DNA of 64,000 nucleotides from Octopus sinensis. Lineage: Eukaryota. The stretch is taken from contig NC_042997.1 of NCBI RefSeq assembly GCF_006345805.1, positions 101,122,001-101,186,000 of the forward strand, given 5' to 3'. The position numbers and the translations under genes are program-made. The stretch's first letter is position 1; each line of letters starts with the position of its first letter. The notes below the pieces were generated by a model. That model worked only from the letters and a program-made list of their open reading frames with translations, was not told the DNA's origin and ran no database searches. This document shows positions 1 to 13,869 of this stretch, piece after piece.

Positions 1-800
1 CGCAGATAATATCAAGGACAGTGTTGTATAGCTACATAAAGTGGTGCAAACAGTTTCTTATGGCTATCTAGCGGACGGCGTAATGCAACAACAACCGACA
101 ATAATTTTCACTACTCTTTTCGCAAAATTGTAATATGGAAAAGGCGCTCGTTCTGTGAATTTCCTTTAATGGCATTGTTACATACAACGACTGCTGACAT
201 TAATTTAGTTTTACAGCATTCCTCGACCATTGCGTTATTCAACAAGAAAATCAAATTTTATTGTTGAATAACGCAAGGCATACCAACCATTGATGAACTC
301 ATCTTTCATCAACTTTGAACCCACCTTATGTCATCATAGAAGATGCATAGTTCCTACAGAGCCTGAAACTACGGAACTAAAATTGATCTCCATATCTTTG
401 AAGTATTCCTGAGTCATTTTCATAGGAAGAACCATCAGTAATAGCATGATTTTAGTCGCTGTTAGACTTCTCTAAGATAACATCTTGTCCATCAGTTTAC
501 CATCGTTCTCAACTCGGCTGTATGCCAGAAATAGGCTACTATTACACACAACCGATTCACCATGTTGACGATTGAAATATCAGCTTCAAAATTTATTAAC
601 TACTTATATTTTCCTCCATACCATATACTATTTCGTCTATGCTGCAACCACCTGTAACATTGCTCAATGGAAGACTACTTCCCGATGCGCTACCTTGCTG
701 CGGAATACTTCTCATAAAAGATGAACACCAGTTTTTACAAAACCTCACCAATAGAAAGGAGCCTTCCAGCTTTAGTTATCAATGGTGATGATTTGAAGCT
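1..800 (-). pseudogene. Degenerate hAT (Buster/Charlie, ZBED5/ZBED8-like) transposase
   Basis: Manual translation across frameshifts and stops gives ITKAGRLLSIGEVL, LPLSNVT..IDEI, PCVIQQ, NSQNERLF and RLLLHYAVR*..RNCL. These are colinear with the family motifs IAKxGKPHTIGE, PLSNNTV, HCVIHR, NDRLF and HTEVRWLSKGNCL. Confidence 0.8.
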
Positions 801-1207
801 TCCAGTCAAAATTCGATGACGTTGGTGTAGGCTTGGCCAAGACAGCAGTAATTCTTCTTCGACTGTTGCATTTCTGCAGTAAATTCAGGAATTGTTCACA
901 TGGTTTGTTGGATAATTCATCAAATTTGTTTGTGTAACGTGCGTTCAGGCGGCAATGTTTTGTAGACTCATTGCTATGCCCAGAATTGCATATCAAACAT
1001 TATAGAATGTGGCAGTCATGAGAAGCTGTAAAATTCCCAGGTTTCAGACAATCAGAGTTAAAAGAGTTAAACTGATAGACATTTTTTTATTCTGGAGGAA
1101 GCCACTGCAAATTAATGGATTTCGAGTACGGTTGTTGCTAGGCAGAAAAGCAATCAACAAAATAAAACAAAATTTAAATAAAATACACTTCACTAATACA
1201 CGTAATC

Positions 1208-1507
<300 letters not shown>

Positions 1508-1959
1508 ATCTATGTAATTAACTGAACCATTCTTGCCACAACATCCAATCAAAATAGTTTGAATATTGTTACGCTGAATTAAGTTCATATATGTGAGTGC
1601 ATGTATTACAAATTAACTTGTTTTTTTTTTGTCTCTCTACTTTTGTCCACGCCTTATTCCTTTCAAATTGTCAGAAACATGATCAAATGAATTCTTTTGT
1701 GTATATCCATATGGTGCACGAGCGGTTTAATGTACTCACAATTTGATATACAACTTAAAACACAGGGCAGCTGGTGAATAATTCTATGTCTGCATGCGTT
1801 CGAGTTGACATCATTTAGGTCAAGTCATCTATTTATCGCTATAACTGCTCAATCGACTGCTGGCTGCGAGTAAAAGTTGATTCATTGCGCATGTGCGCAA
1901 TCATTGTACCCATTATGAATATATACATATATACATGTGTGTGTGTGTGTATGCTGTAG

Positions 1960-2240
1960 GTATGGAAGATAATAGGATCTCAAAGCAGCTGTGCTATGGT
2001 AAGTTGCGCACTCTAAATCGTCCTCAGCATACACTGAAAACAGAAAAATAATTAGAAAGACGGCATAAAAGGCAATCTGAAGGAACTGCGCATCGATGTC
2101 AAGAAATGGAAAGAACTAGCTCCGGAAAAAGTTAAGTGGAGGAAACATATAAGGGAAGGTTGTGAAACTATTGAAGAGGGTCGCCTTAAGCACGAAAGGT
2201 TAAAGTATTTCTAAGGTTTGGTATGTCACCCTTTTGAAGA
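1960..2240 (+). mobile_element. RTE/BovB-like LINE 3' fragment
   Basis: MEDNRISKQLCYGKL and KDGIKGNLKELRIDVKKWKELAPEKVKWRKHIREG match the RTE ORF C-terminus. Confidence 0.75.
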
Positions 2241-2959
2241 CTCTTGAAAGACCAACTGTATACAACGTCGTCGCCTTGATCTGGTGATTCAACGCGTGTA
2301 ATATATAGAAAAATTTGTGACTCGATTTCTTGTCTGAAAAGATATATGACAGTACAAAAAGAACATTTCTCACACAGTGACCCAATCATCTCTATGCTTC
2401 AAACCATGCAAATTAGCAGCGGGACTGAATAGTAATCTGAAAGGTTATGGACAGAAAGTCAGAAATACCATTAACAAAGAAGAAGCACCTAGAAATGGTA
2501 ATCATTTGCTAAGTGAAACAATCACTAAATAATATATATAGCTATTATTAAAATAATGTTTTGTCTGTTACTGTTTCCGGTCGATAGTGTACTCTGTGTC
2601 TTCTTACCTCTGCTTTTCATTCGCCTTTCTCCGTAATGTGCATGTGTCTGTTCGTATAATTATAAATGTGTTCTACCTATATGTTCTCTCAATCTGTGTG
2701 TATGTTTTTCTTCGCCCGTTTTCGTCACTCCCGAAAGCAGAGATACACACATATGCACACAAAGACAGAGCAGCAAGAAAGTGATAAAAATAGATTGAGG
2801 TAGAGGACTAGAAAGTAATCTGATATACACATAAAATAATATTTCGTGGAGTGAAACTGACATCTGACAATGTATGTTAACCAAAGATACTCTGAAGTAA
2901 GAGATAGACAGTGTATGAAAGCAGGAGTCACATAATATGAAATATATGCATTCCAGAGT

Positions 2960-4140
2960 TTTGAGATTTTTTTCAGAAGAGACGTCTATTAATTTCAAAG
3001 AAGGACGTAACTTTAATCTCCTTCAAAGTAGGATCTTCTGACTTCAATGCACTTGTTATACAGCTCTGGCCACTCTACAAAGACCCCATAGAAGTCCTCC
3101 AAAATAAAGGTGTCAAGGTCTCTTTTTCAGCTCTACCTTCATCTTCTCAATCTTTTCTCACGACAGTCCCCGAGGTTCTCCTTCAGCTTGAGGAATAACC
3201 AAAAGTCACAGGGAGCAAGGTCTGGACTGTAAGGAGAGTGAGGAACAGTTTTTATGCATATCTCAGTCAAGTAGTTGGTTACCAGGATGAAATTATGAAC
3301 CGGTGAATTGTCCTGGTACAGGTGCCACCAACGTCAGTGGAAGAGCTCTAGCATTTTATAACAAAATATCTTCCTAAACTTCCTCAAAACCTCCACAAAG
3401 TATTGTTTGCTGACTTTGTGACCAGAGGGAACCGAGTGGATGTATACGATTCTCTTGCTGTCGAAAAAGGGGATCCTCTTGAGTTTACGGTAGACTTTAT
3501 TTGCTTAGCCTTCTTGGATCTGAAGGAGCCAGAATGTGTCCATTGGGCACTCCGTCCTTTGATCTCTGGATCATAACAGTAGATCCAACTTTCGTCAAAG
3601 GTCACCAGAAACTTAAGTACTCTTGGATTGGAAGTAATGAGCTCAACCATCTCCTTGCTGTTACCAACGCGTCTTTTTTCTGTTCACCACTGAGCACCCT
3701 GAGAAAAACTTTGCATAAATTTTGCGTATGTTCAGACCTTCATGTATGATCCTGTACACAGTCGCCACACAAATTCTAAACTGTATGCTATTGTATTTGC
3801 AGACACACAAAAGTCTCCTCCCAGAAAATTTCGAATTTTCCCAATCAGCTCTGATTTTCTGAGGTCCTTCTTCCTCCTACAGCCTTCATCGTGTCTCATC
3901 TCTACTCTATCGTCCTTGAACCGCTTGTGCCAGTGAAAAACGGATGCCCGGCTTATACAAGTTAATCCATAAATAATCTGGAACATTTTGTAAGTTTCTG
4001 TGACGTTTTTGCCCAGTTTAACACAAAACTTTATTGCATAGCCAGCTTCCAAAATGTCTTCACGTCCCGACTGCATTCTGCAAAGTAGTCAGTTATGCTT
4101 TAAATGTATAGTTACAAAAGTTACAATAATCTAGAACAGT
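2960..4140 (-). mobile_element. Degenerate mariner transposon
   Basis: ORF 3732-4076 AIKFCVKLGKNVTET (HTH), ORF 3384-3650 TFDESWIYCYDPE, then QDNSPVH and PYSPDLAPCDFWLF. Confidence 0.9.
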
Positions 4141-4589
4141 TATAACTGCCTCTCCTGAAAAATGCTTCAGATCTGGTGGAATGCTCCTCGTCCAACTCTG
4201 TCTACAGCCTCTTCCACTCCATATGTGTGTGTGCGTGGTGGGGGAGGGGGTCTTCGCCTGTGTATATCTATGAGCATGTAAATTCATTGACATAAAACGT
4301 AATGACAGAGCAGTGAATCATCATATTAATATAAATATGTGAATATATTTCAAAATCGATTAAATTTTCAAAATAACATCTCAACTAACATGCTCAAATG
4401 TATGTAACTACGTGCAGTGGTCCCAGAAAGAGAATTCTGTAGATAGCTAACGAAATCTCTGGTGCATAAAATAGTAATATACATTTAGATATATGGATTG
4501 CGGAGATATTTTGAAAGTGTAATGGATATTAATTTGAATCTTTTCAATCATATATTCTCTGACTTTCAGTAAGTGAATTGAATACAACT

Positions 4590-5325
<736 letters not shown>

Positions 5326-5539
5326 ATTATAAATTGAAAGGTATAATGAATAAACGTTCCAATCGGTCAAAACGATTTAATATTCCCAAATGATCAAAAA
5401 TCGAATATAAACATACATTAAATATATGAATATGAATATATATTAAAACAATAAGACATCCAAAGGCGACTAAAAATTTAAGGCAATGGGGCTAAAATAA
5501 TATAAATATAGATATATAAAAATACAAGAATATAAATAT

Positions 5540-6085
5540 AAAAAAATAAAGCGAATGGTAACTGGAACAGAATCCATTCAAGCCTATCTCCACGATCATT
5601 TCAAAGGATGGTGCTTCACATCGTTAATGTACAAATTATTAAGGAAGATTTACAAGGGATTCACATTTCTGGTTATCACTTTGTTTCTCCTTTCGCCGCG
5701 CTGTCACATGAGCACTTCCTCTGCAGTCCTATTTTTATTTTTGTTCTTCGGTTTAACGAAGTTATAAAATTATCCTCTTATATATATATAAATTCTATAA
5801 TTATATGCTTCACCAAATACCGAAATTTAGAAATAGCAGTTAAACTACTATTTTACTACCATAAGATATCTCCCAGACAGCAATACTCAACAACACACGC
5901 AGGTAAAAAGAAAAAGCAAGGAATCTACTTTTTTTCCTCTTTTCTCTTTACTTGCTGAACCCCTAATTATAATTATACTCATAATTATAGAATTTTTGTA
6001 TAAGTTTACCGATAATGATTCTTTTAACATACTGAACTACTTGGTAAAATTATTAATTATTAACTAATTAATTCTACCCTTTATT
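5540..6085. mobile_element. Degenerate PLE-derived non-coding repeat (resembles the 18.4 kb and 49.7 kb elements), ending at (TA)n
   Basis: Ends atactgaactacttggt...ttctaccctttatt(TA)n like the 18.4/49.7 kb elements; aatttagaaatagcag is shared with 16.5 kb. Confidence 0.35.
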
Positions 6086-6334
6086 ATATATATATATATA
6101 TATACTCTTTATCTTATATTAAACTTTTAATACATTTTGATAGTTTAAAATTAAAAAAAATTAAAATAAAAAATAAATAAATAAATAAATTTTAACTTTA
6201 ATTAAAATATTTTAATTGGATTTTTATATTTTATATTTAATATTTTTTATATTTTTTAATTAATTTTATTTCTATGTATTGGCTTATGATTTTCATTGTT
6301 TGATTTGCCTAATAGTGGTTTTATCTCTAATTTA

Positions 6335-6650
<316 letters not shown>

Positions 6651-6959
6651 TATACATGCATCAATACAGGAGTTAGGGGTATACTTCAAGAGCCATACTT
6701 GAAAAGAACAATATCCATCCGCGCCTATATAAGGGCACAGTGTACAATCTGGTAATTATTAATGCTCGTGTATTCATTTTATACAGAATGACTGCCGGAT
6801 CACACACGATACTCATTACATAAGAGCGGCCGAATATTGTACTTTTCGAATATGAAACTTGAAGTAGCCCACCCATAACTGCTGTATTTCTTAACTGATA
6901 TTTCATTCACAGTGAATTGAGACCTTTTTTGTTAAAGCAAATAGTACGCGCGTGCTCAC

Positions 6960-7165
6960 ACACACACTCGCACACACACGCAGGCACACACGCAGGCACA
7001 CACGCACATATGCAAGAACACACAAGCACGCGCACACATACATATATGCAGACATACACAGACTTACAAACATAAATACATATACTCCGTACATGCATGT
7101 ATACATAAATATATAAGTGTATATTTGAATACAAGTATGTGCACACACACACACATACACACACG

Positions 7166-7236
<71 letters not shown>

Positions 7237-7240
7237 ACAT
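6960..7240. repeat. (CA)n-rich microsatellite
   Basis: Directly visible. Confidence 0.9.
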
Positions 7241-7779
7241 GACTAACGGAACATCCTATTTTGCCAAGACTGAAAATAGTTGTAAATGGCCGAAAATTGT
7301 TCTTAATGAAGGCATTTTCTGTGTCATAGAATTTCTCTTGAAAATTTATTGCCCATGTAATTGTCTTCTTTTGCATTTATAGCAGTTCAGTGGCTAATAT
7401 ATTCTGCATGAGATTCGAACACACTATTAGTACTATAATTTAATTGTGTGAATGACTTATAGTTAATACTGGCGAATTAAGGAAGAACACGGTGGAAACG
7501 ATTTTATTCCATTTGAAACTATTATTGAACATATTTAACTTTTATTCTTTAATTTTTTAAAGAAATTCAAAAAGGATTTGAACAGGAGTGTTGAATAGTG
7601 AACCACACAGGGTACTGAAATAATTCTTACAACGTTTGGAGACCGAGTGATCCCCAAGAAAAACTCATATATCCAAATACTGGAACTGCAATACGTGCAC
7701 CGATAAAGAAATGATAGTAAGATCTGCGATTTAACCAGGCTTATATGATGATATATCATCATATCCTTGGGAATTCTGA

Positions 7780-10370
7780 ACACTTGTATTAGACCTCAAA
7801 ATAAACAATATTTTTGGTTTTATCAGTAGTGATATATAAAGAGATTAAGCAAACTTCCTCGTGAGCATCGCTCATAAAAACTGGACAGTAATAATGCAAT
7901 CTAGCAACTGTTTGTTTTTTGGCAAATCGTGTGTTACTAGAAACAGAATTGATTTTAAGTTGAAATGGCACGTCTGGTTAGAGAGGAATTCGGAATAAAA
8001 TTGAACACCTTCCTTTGGAGTCTCCAGCAATAATATTAGCCTCAATGGCATATTAGCCTCGAGTAATATTATTGCGAAATCTTATCTTTAGCTGAAGACT
8101 GTGTGGAGATACGCCTGAAAGTTGAAAATTTAAAAAAATCTATGCAGTTTAATGAATTCCTTCATTCTGATTCATGACAATTTTTAGTGATTTCTAAGTA
8201 TGACTATTGCCTAGAAGTTCTTGCCACAGCTGCCTGGATCGTAACAATATTGGATGCTCTCTCGCACAGCCTCTTAAGCTTCTTATGTATTAGGTAACGT
8301 TATTACAGATTAGGGAACACTTTATATATCAATTCATCTTCTGTCTTACCCAGTGAGCTAATGACTGATAGGAACCAGGTCAAATCTCCTCTCAGCAACT
8401 TATAACAATGTTTTAGTAAACTGAGCAGACGATCACTAGAAATATGGAAACTAACGGTGTAGACAATTTGAAAATTTTAAACTTTGGTCCAGAGCGGCGA
8501 TGAGGATTTAAGACAAACAGGGATTTTGTAAATCGATTTAAGGAAAATGTGATTTTATCGATTTTGTTCATTTTGTGTCTGACGGGAATAACTTGGCAAT
8601 ACGATTGTTACTTCTCCAATGTGATATCAACTGTAATGTCCTACCCAGGCCCACAAGGACTCTTTTGTTTGGCTTTGTGTAATAATCCCAAACAGTTGTC
8701 ACCTCGTAAGAACATGTCTGGTTTCAGAATTTTTTGCAAAGCAGCAGACAGGTGCAGTATTTTTTATCTAAGTTCAAGGGTAACTTGAAAGTATACTGTT
8801 CTACAGGCTCTTTAAAGAAATGTGGTGGAGGAACAACAACAATAGCTATGATTTTATGTGAACGATCTTTGGCAAGCAATAGACTGATCAGAAATGTTCT
8901 AGTTTCATCAGGAGCACCAAGGAATCACATTTTAGCATCTTCTCACCGAACACTTTCAAAAACAGAAGACTAGACAGCCCTGTCCACTCTGATGATATTC
9001 ATTGCATTGATATATAACCACAATGTATAATTTTTCTTTGAATAATGGGAGGTCATATTTTTTGAAGTTCGCGAATATATATATTCTTGAGCTTGTTTTT
9101 GATATAGTTGAAGGCCGCATTGTGGAATTTATCTGTGTACTCTTCCATACCGGGTGAATCTGTTCTTCATTCTTAAAATATTTAGAAATGTCATCACAAC
9201 AGTTGACACAAAGTTGAAACGGATAGGATGGTTCACAGCATTTTAAGAACATGGTGAAAAAATCTAAGACTCTTGGCTATTTGAAATATAGAAGCTTCTA
9301 ATAACGTTGCATCCCACAGGACATAATTCTCCAGCAATCCGAGTCTAAAGCATGTCTCTCTATATAGTACAGATTCCCCTATTGACTGTTCGGAGATCTT
9401 GAAATGTATTGGGGCTTCACACTTCATGGAGCCATTGTAAAAAGAATAATTCAGTTTGATTTCGGGAGTACAGCATACACTCCCAATTGCACTGTATGTA
9501 TCAGAGTCTACTAGTAAGAGCTGATTGGATAAGATAAAGCTGACCCAACTCTGATTTATTCACATTATTTCTGATTGCATCTAATAAATTTATATATGTC
9601 TTGTTTCAGCTCTTTTAAGTTCTAATATAGCTAGCTCTTTCCAACTGCATCATAGCAAACATGTCTATTGTATACTATGGAATGAGTGTTGGATGTAGTT
9701 GGCTGGATGAATTGTCTTATAGCATGAAGTGAATAGCTTCAGAAGTCCGTGCATGAGAATGATTTTGAAGAAGTTTCATCCAGACTGTGGTGTTCCAAAG
9801 GGATATTCATTTTTCTTATTTACAAGACGGAGAACATACTGCAGAGCATAAAACAAGCGAACTCCCTTATTTTTGACAGTATTTTTTAAATATTCATCAG
9901 AATAATGTCCCTTTTGCCCTGTGATTCTCCAATCATGTTGGCAGTAACGTCATTGCATTCAAGTACATTAAGACGGCGTGCATATTCTCCAGAGGGCCTA
10001 TTTTTTCATGAAAGGCAATATGAAATTCTAAGGGACTCAAACTGATACATACTTGAAAATTCTGACAAAGTTGTTCTTCACATGGACCGTCTCTTCGTAT
10101 TTTCCTTGCTCTTCTTTCTATTCGTCCAGTTCTTTTTTTTTTTTCATGCTCTTTCTTTTTGTTTTCAACTTGAAGCTTTTTTTCCCTCTTGAATTAATCA
10201 CAGCATTCATAGTTACAAACATTTTTGTTTCTCTATTTTACCTAGCAATTGCATGTATAATTAAATTTTCTCTGAAGCTTAAAATTGCACGGTGTTACAA
10301 ACCGTTAATAAAATGAAAAACTACATTTGGTCGTGACTATAATTTGGATTCACATCTACTAAACATGACT
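7780..10370 (-). pseudogene. Helitron RepHel (Rep plus Pif1 helicase) pseudogene
   Basis: Colinear motifs RFVTPCNFKLQRKFN, SPNTFQDLRTVN, LYRETCFRLGLLENYVLWDATLLEA, DSLGAPDETRTFLISLLLAK (Walker A-like), TFKLPLNL and KTKNIVYFEV. Confidence 0.85.
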
Positions 10371-10674
10371 AAACCTTTTAATTAAAATCGATTAAAAAAA
10401 AGGAACGATAAACAGTGAAAAGCAGAAACAAGCGAGAGGAAGTAAATGATGATGAAGTATATGTAGAGAGAGAGAGAGAGAGAGAGAGAGGGTGGGACAG
10501 AGAGAGACACACACACATTCACACGCATACAGACGCACGCGCGCGCAAAGACGCACGCACACACAGGCACACACACACACACTCATTATTTACAGATGTG
10601 TGTGTGCGTGTGCGCGCACCAATAATTGTTTCTAATCAAATTAGATGGCCAATAATTTTGAGGAAAGGGTGTTT

Positions 10675-10852
10675 TTTCAATGTCATCGATCTCAGTATTT
10701 CAACAGTAGTCATGTTTAGTAGATGTTATCGACCCTAAAAAGATGAAAGGCTAAGTTGACCCTGGTGCGATTTAAATTTAGAACATAAAGAGTTAGAATA
10801 AATACCATAAAGCATTTTCTTCGATGCTTTAGCAATTCTGTTAGCTCACTGC
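10675..10852 (-). mobile_element. tRNA-derived SINE, family 1 (octopus OK/OR-like)
   Basis: Reverse complement resembles gcggtgagctggcagaa...gcctttcatcctttcggggtcgataaa, the family repeated throughout the window. Confidence 0.75.
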
Positions 10853-10927
<75 letters not shown>

Positions 10928-10950
10928 CATCTGTCTGTCTATCTATCTAT
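10853..10950. repeat. (TCTA)n
   Basis: Directly visible. Confidence 0.95.
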
Positions 10951-11027
10951 CTAATGTCCGTATGTATATATACATTCATACATATACATGTGTGTGTGTG
11001 TGTTTCCTTGGGGCTGGTCATATTGGA

Positions 11028-11084
11028 GCAATCTCAAGTGTAACCAACCGAAATTGCGAAGATAATCTGGAACTCGACTGAGGA
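11028..11084 (+). ncRNA. Candidate jumbled hammerhead J1a (helix I has one mismatch)
   Basis: GCAATC TCAAG ... GAAATTGC ... CTCGA CTGAGGA. Confidence 0.4.
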
Positions 11085-11831
11085 TAGAAAACTCCGAATG
11101 ACCCGTCCTTGTTTTCTTTGTTTCGTCTGTCTGGAAGTTTTGTTGTCCCCTTTTTGTATCACCTAATTGTCTGGATGTTTTGCGTTCTTGTCCCATTTTT
11201 GTATTTTTTATATATAAAAAAAATATAGTGGCGTACGTACACTTTGGTCCCTTATATGCAAGTATATATTTATCTATTTAGCTATATATTGATCTAAATT
11301 TTGTTAGACTCTATTCTTTCTATTCTTTCATTCTTTCCTTCTTTCTATCAGCCCTTTCACGCTTACTTCGTTCATTCCACTCTTCCTTCTTTCGTTCCCG
11401 CTCTCACAGTTTCTGGCCTTCTCCTCATGGTCACTTTCCCTCTTCTTTTCACATTACTGTGGCTCTGTCATTTTTTCTCGCCCCTCCTTAATTCCTCTAT
11501 CCCTCTGCTTCTACTTCTCTCTCTCTTCTCTCCCCACGTGACCGATGTTCGGCCAAGCCTGGCCTTTCTTTCTTGATTGGATTACCATCCGTGCAACATC
11601 TATTTTCCTCCCTGTGCCTGTCAAATCTTATGTACTTGCCGTAAGGCTTTACTTCTACATACGCCAGCTTAATTTAATTAGTCCTTAATCGAAAGATACC
11701 TGTTGTTATGTCCTGTTATTTGTATTTGTGTAACATTCTCTGTTTTTCCGTCCTTGTTTTCGTATATATTCGCTGCTTTCTTCCAAGGAATCTAATGCTC
11801 TTAGTTTGTCCTTGGGGCTGGCCAGATTGGA

Positions 11832-11888
11832 GCAATCTCGAGCATAACCAGCCGAAATTGCAAAGATAATCTGGAACTCGACTGAGGA
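11832..11888 (+). ncRNA. Candidate jumbled hammerhead J1b
   Basis: GCAAT-C-TCGAG / GAAA-TTGC / CTCGA-CTGAGGA: helices III and I are perfect; helix II is unresolved. Confidence 0.5.
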
Positions 11889-11969
11889 TAGAAAACTCCG
11901 AATGACCCGTCCTTGTTTTCTGCGTCCTTGTCCCATTTTTGTATTATATATATATATATATTTTTTTTT

Positions 11970-12177
11970 GTACTTGTTTCAGTCATTTGACTGCGGCCAT
12001 GCTGGAGCACCGCCTTTAGAGTGGTGAAAGAGTACAGCAGGGATCACCACCATCTCCTGCCGGAGCCTTGTGGAGCTTTTAGGTGTTTTCGCTCAATAAA
12101 CACACACAACGCCCGGTCTGGGAATCGAAACCGCGATCCTCCGACCGCAAGTCCGCTGCCCTAACCACTGGGCCAGC
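11970..12177 (-). mobile_element. tRNA-derived SINE family 2 joined to a family-3 tail
   Basis: Reverse complement reads tggcccagtggttagggcagcggact...gttcgattcccagaccgg (A/B boxes); tail gcatggccgcagtcaaatgactgaaacaag. Confidence 0.8.
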
Positions 12178-12250
12178 TCAAATTTACAGAAAACAAAGAC
12201 GAAGACAGGTGTAGAAGACAGAGTTTAAGGCTCGGAAAAAATTGAAAAGT

Positions 12251-12286
12251 TTTTTATGTTTCGAGCCTACGCTTTTCGACAGAAAG
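12251..12286 (-). ncRNA. Minimal type-I hammerhead variant (family P), degenerate
   Basis: Reverse complement: cttt CTGTCGA A AAGC GTAG GCTC GAAAC ATA aaaa. It lies in a repeat (12178-12340) also present at 23.8, 24.7 and 25.2 kb. Confidence 0.55.
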
Positions 12287-13030
12287 TATTAAGAGAAAAA
12301 AATGGAGAGAGGCTGAAAACCATGGAAAGAGAGAAATCATGCAGTGTTCAACGGTCCAACATGGTGAGATGACTGGAAAAAATGAGGTTGAATGAAAGGG
12401 AGGTAATAATAATAACGTTAATGATGACCCTCAGACAACTAAGGTGCGCAAGCACGCGTGTGTATGTGAGAATGGTGTGTATGAGTTTGTATGTGTGAAT
12501 GGGGACGAGAGAGTCTAACATGTATGTGTATGTGTAGTTTGTAGCAGTTGATGTGTGCTTGTTCAGGTGCTGTATGCACATGTGTGTGTATATATACATG
12601 CGTGTATATCTCTCTCTCTTTTTCTCTATTTATATATATGTGTATGCAAATGTGTGTGTGTGTGTTTTAATGAAAAAGAGGTTTATTTACACCCAAGTAG
12701 GAATGTAATAAAATTTGTTTGAATATGCACCTGGGTCTTAGAAAATTACTAGTGCTCTTTTTTAAATTTTCAAAATTTATTAAAACACCGTATCAGTTTC
12801 AATAATTTTTTGTTTTTCAGTAGTAAATAAAAAAATAAGCTGGGAATTTAAAAGAAAGAGAATACACAAGAGGGAGTTTCATAGCAATAAAACAAGCTCA
12901 AAAGCAAATGTACAATACGTTTCAGAGCAAAATTACATGATGAAAATTGAAGTGTTTAATAAGTTTCACAGCAATAAGAAATGGCGAATGTTCAAATGTT
13001 TGCTAAATTTCATAGCAAAAATACATGTGA

Positions 13031-13372
13031 AAGCGCATGGCTTAGTTGTTAGAGCGTCGAGCTTACGATCGCGAGTTTATGAGTTCGAATCCCGGACCGG
13101 GTTACGTCTTGTGTTCTTGAGCAAGACACTTTTTTATGTTGCTCCAGTTCACTCAACTGTTCACGCAGTTCACGCAAGAAATGAGTTGCGACGTCACAGG
13201 TGCCAAGCTGTATCGACCTTTGCCTTTCCCTTGGATAACATCGGTGGCGTGGAGAAGGGAGGCTGGTATGCATGGGCGACTGCTGGTCTTCCATAAACAA
13301 CCTTGTCCGGACTTGTGCCTGGGTGGGTAACTTTCTAGGTGCAATCCTATGGTCAGTCATGAAGGGGGCCTC
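13031..13372 (+). mobile_element. tRNA-derived SINE with a long body
   Basis: catggcttagttgttagagc (A box) ... gagttcgaatcccgg (B box) ... gagcaagacactt. Confidence 0.8.
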
Positions 13373-13440
13373 ATTACATGACGGAAATTTGAAAGTTTCA
13401 ATAAGTTGCGTAAAAATAAACTATGTTAGCAATTAGGTTG

Positions 13441-13493
13441 GATGTGGTGCTGATGAAAAAGCAATAACTCTTGAAATATGCATATACACTCAT
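13441..13493 (+). ncRNA. Type-I minimal hammerhead candidate (AUA triplet)
   Basis: gtggtg CTGATGA AAAAG caataa CTCTT GAAA T atgc ATA tacac. Stem II has one mismatch; stem III is the palindrome ATATGCATAT. Confidence 0.5.
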
Positions 13494-13506
13494 TATTTAT
13501 TTTTAA

Positions 13507-13700
13507 GAAGGCGGTGAGCTGGCAGAATCGTTAGCACATGAGGCAATATTCTTAGCGGCGTTAGGCCCGTCTTTACGTACTGCGTTCGAATTCCACCGAG
13601 GCCGATTTTGCCTTTCATCTCTTTCGGTGTCGATAAAATAAGTACCAATTGAGCACTTCTCCTCCCCTCAAACTTGCTGGCTTTGTGCCAAAAATTAATA
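13507..13700 (+). mobile_element. SINE family 1
   Basis: aaggcggtgagctggcagaatcgttagc...gcctttcatc...gtcgataaaataagtacc. Confidence 0.85.
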
Positions 13701-13869
13701 AATTATGTAAAGAATTGGACATGGTGAAGACTTAAAATATGAGAAAAATGTTTTACAATCACTGTCATGCTGTGTGCGACAGAAGTGTCAGTCAATTGCT
13801 TTACTCGTTCGAATGTGGAACTTAAAGTAATTTTGAAGCTAATATATGTGTGTGTGTGTGTGTTTTAAG

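Larger units (their letters stand above)
11005..11945 (+). mobile_element. Non-coding element with terminal direct repeats 804 bp apart (family J1, PLE pLTR-like)
   Basis: tccttggggctgg...ctgaggatagaaaactccgaatgacccgtccttg occurs at 11005 and 11809; flanked by (TG)n and (TA)n; pyrimidine-rich centre. Confidence 0.75.

Noticed and set aside
1880-1905. TGCGCATGTGCGCA as an NRF1-like promoter site
   Set aside because: An isolated motif with no supporting gene or CpG-rich context.
12100-13100. tRNA genes at A/B-box sequences
   Set aside because: They are SINE heads followed by SINE bodies; no complete cloverleaf.
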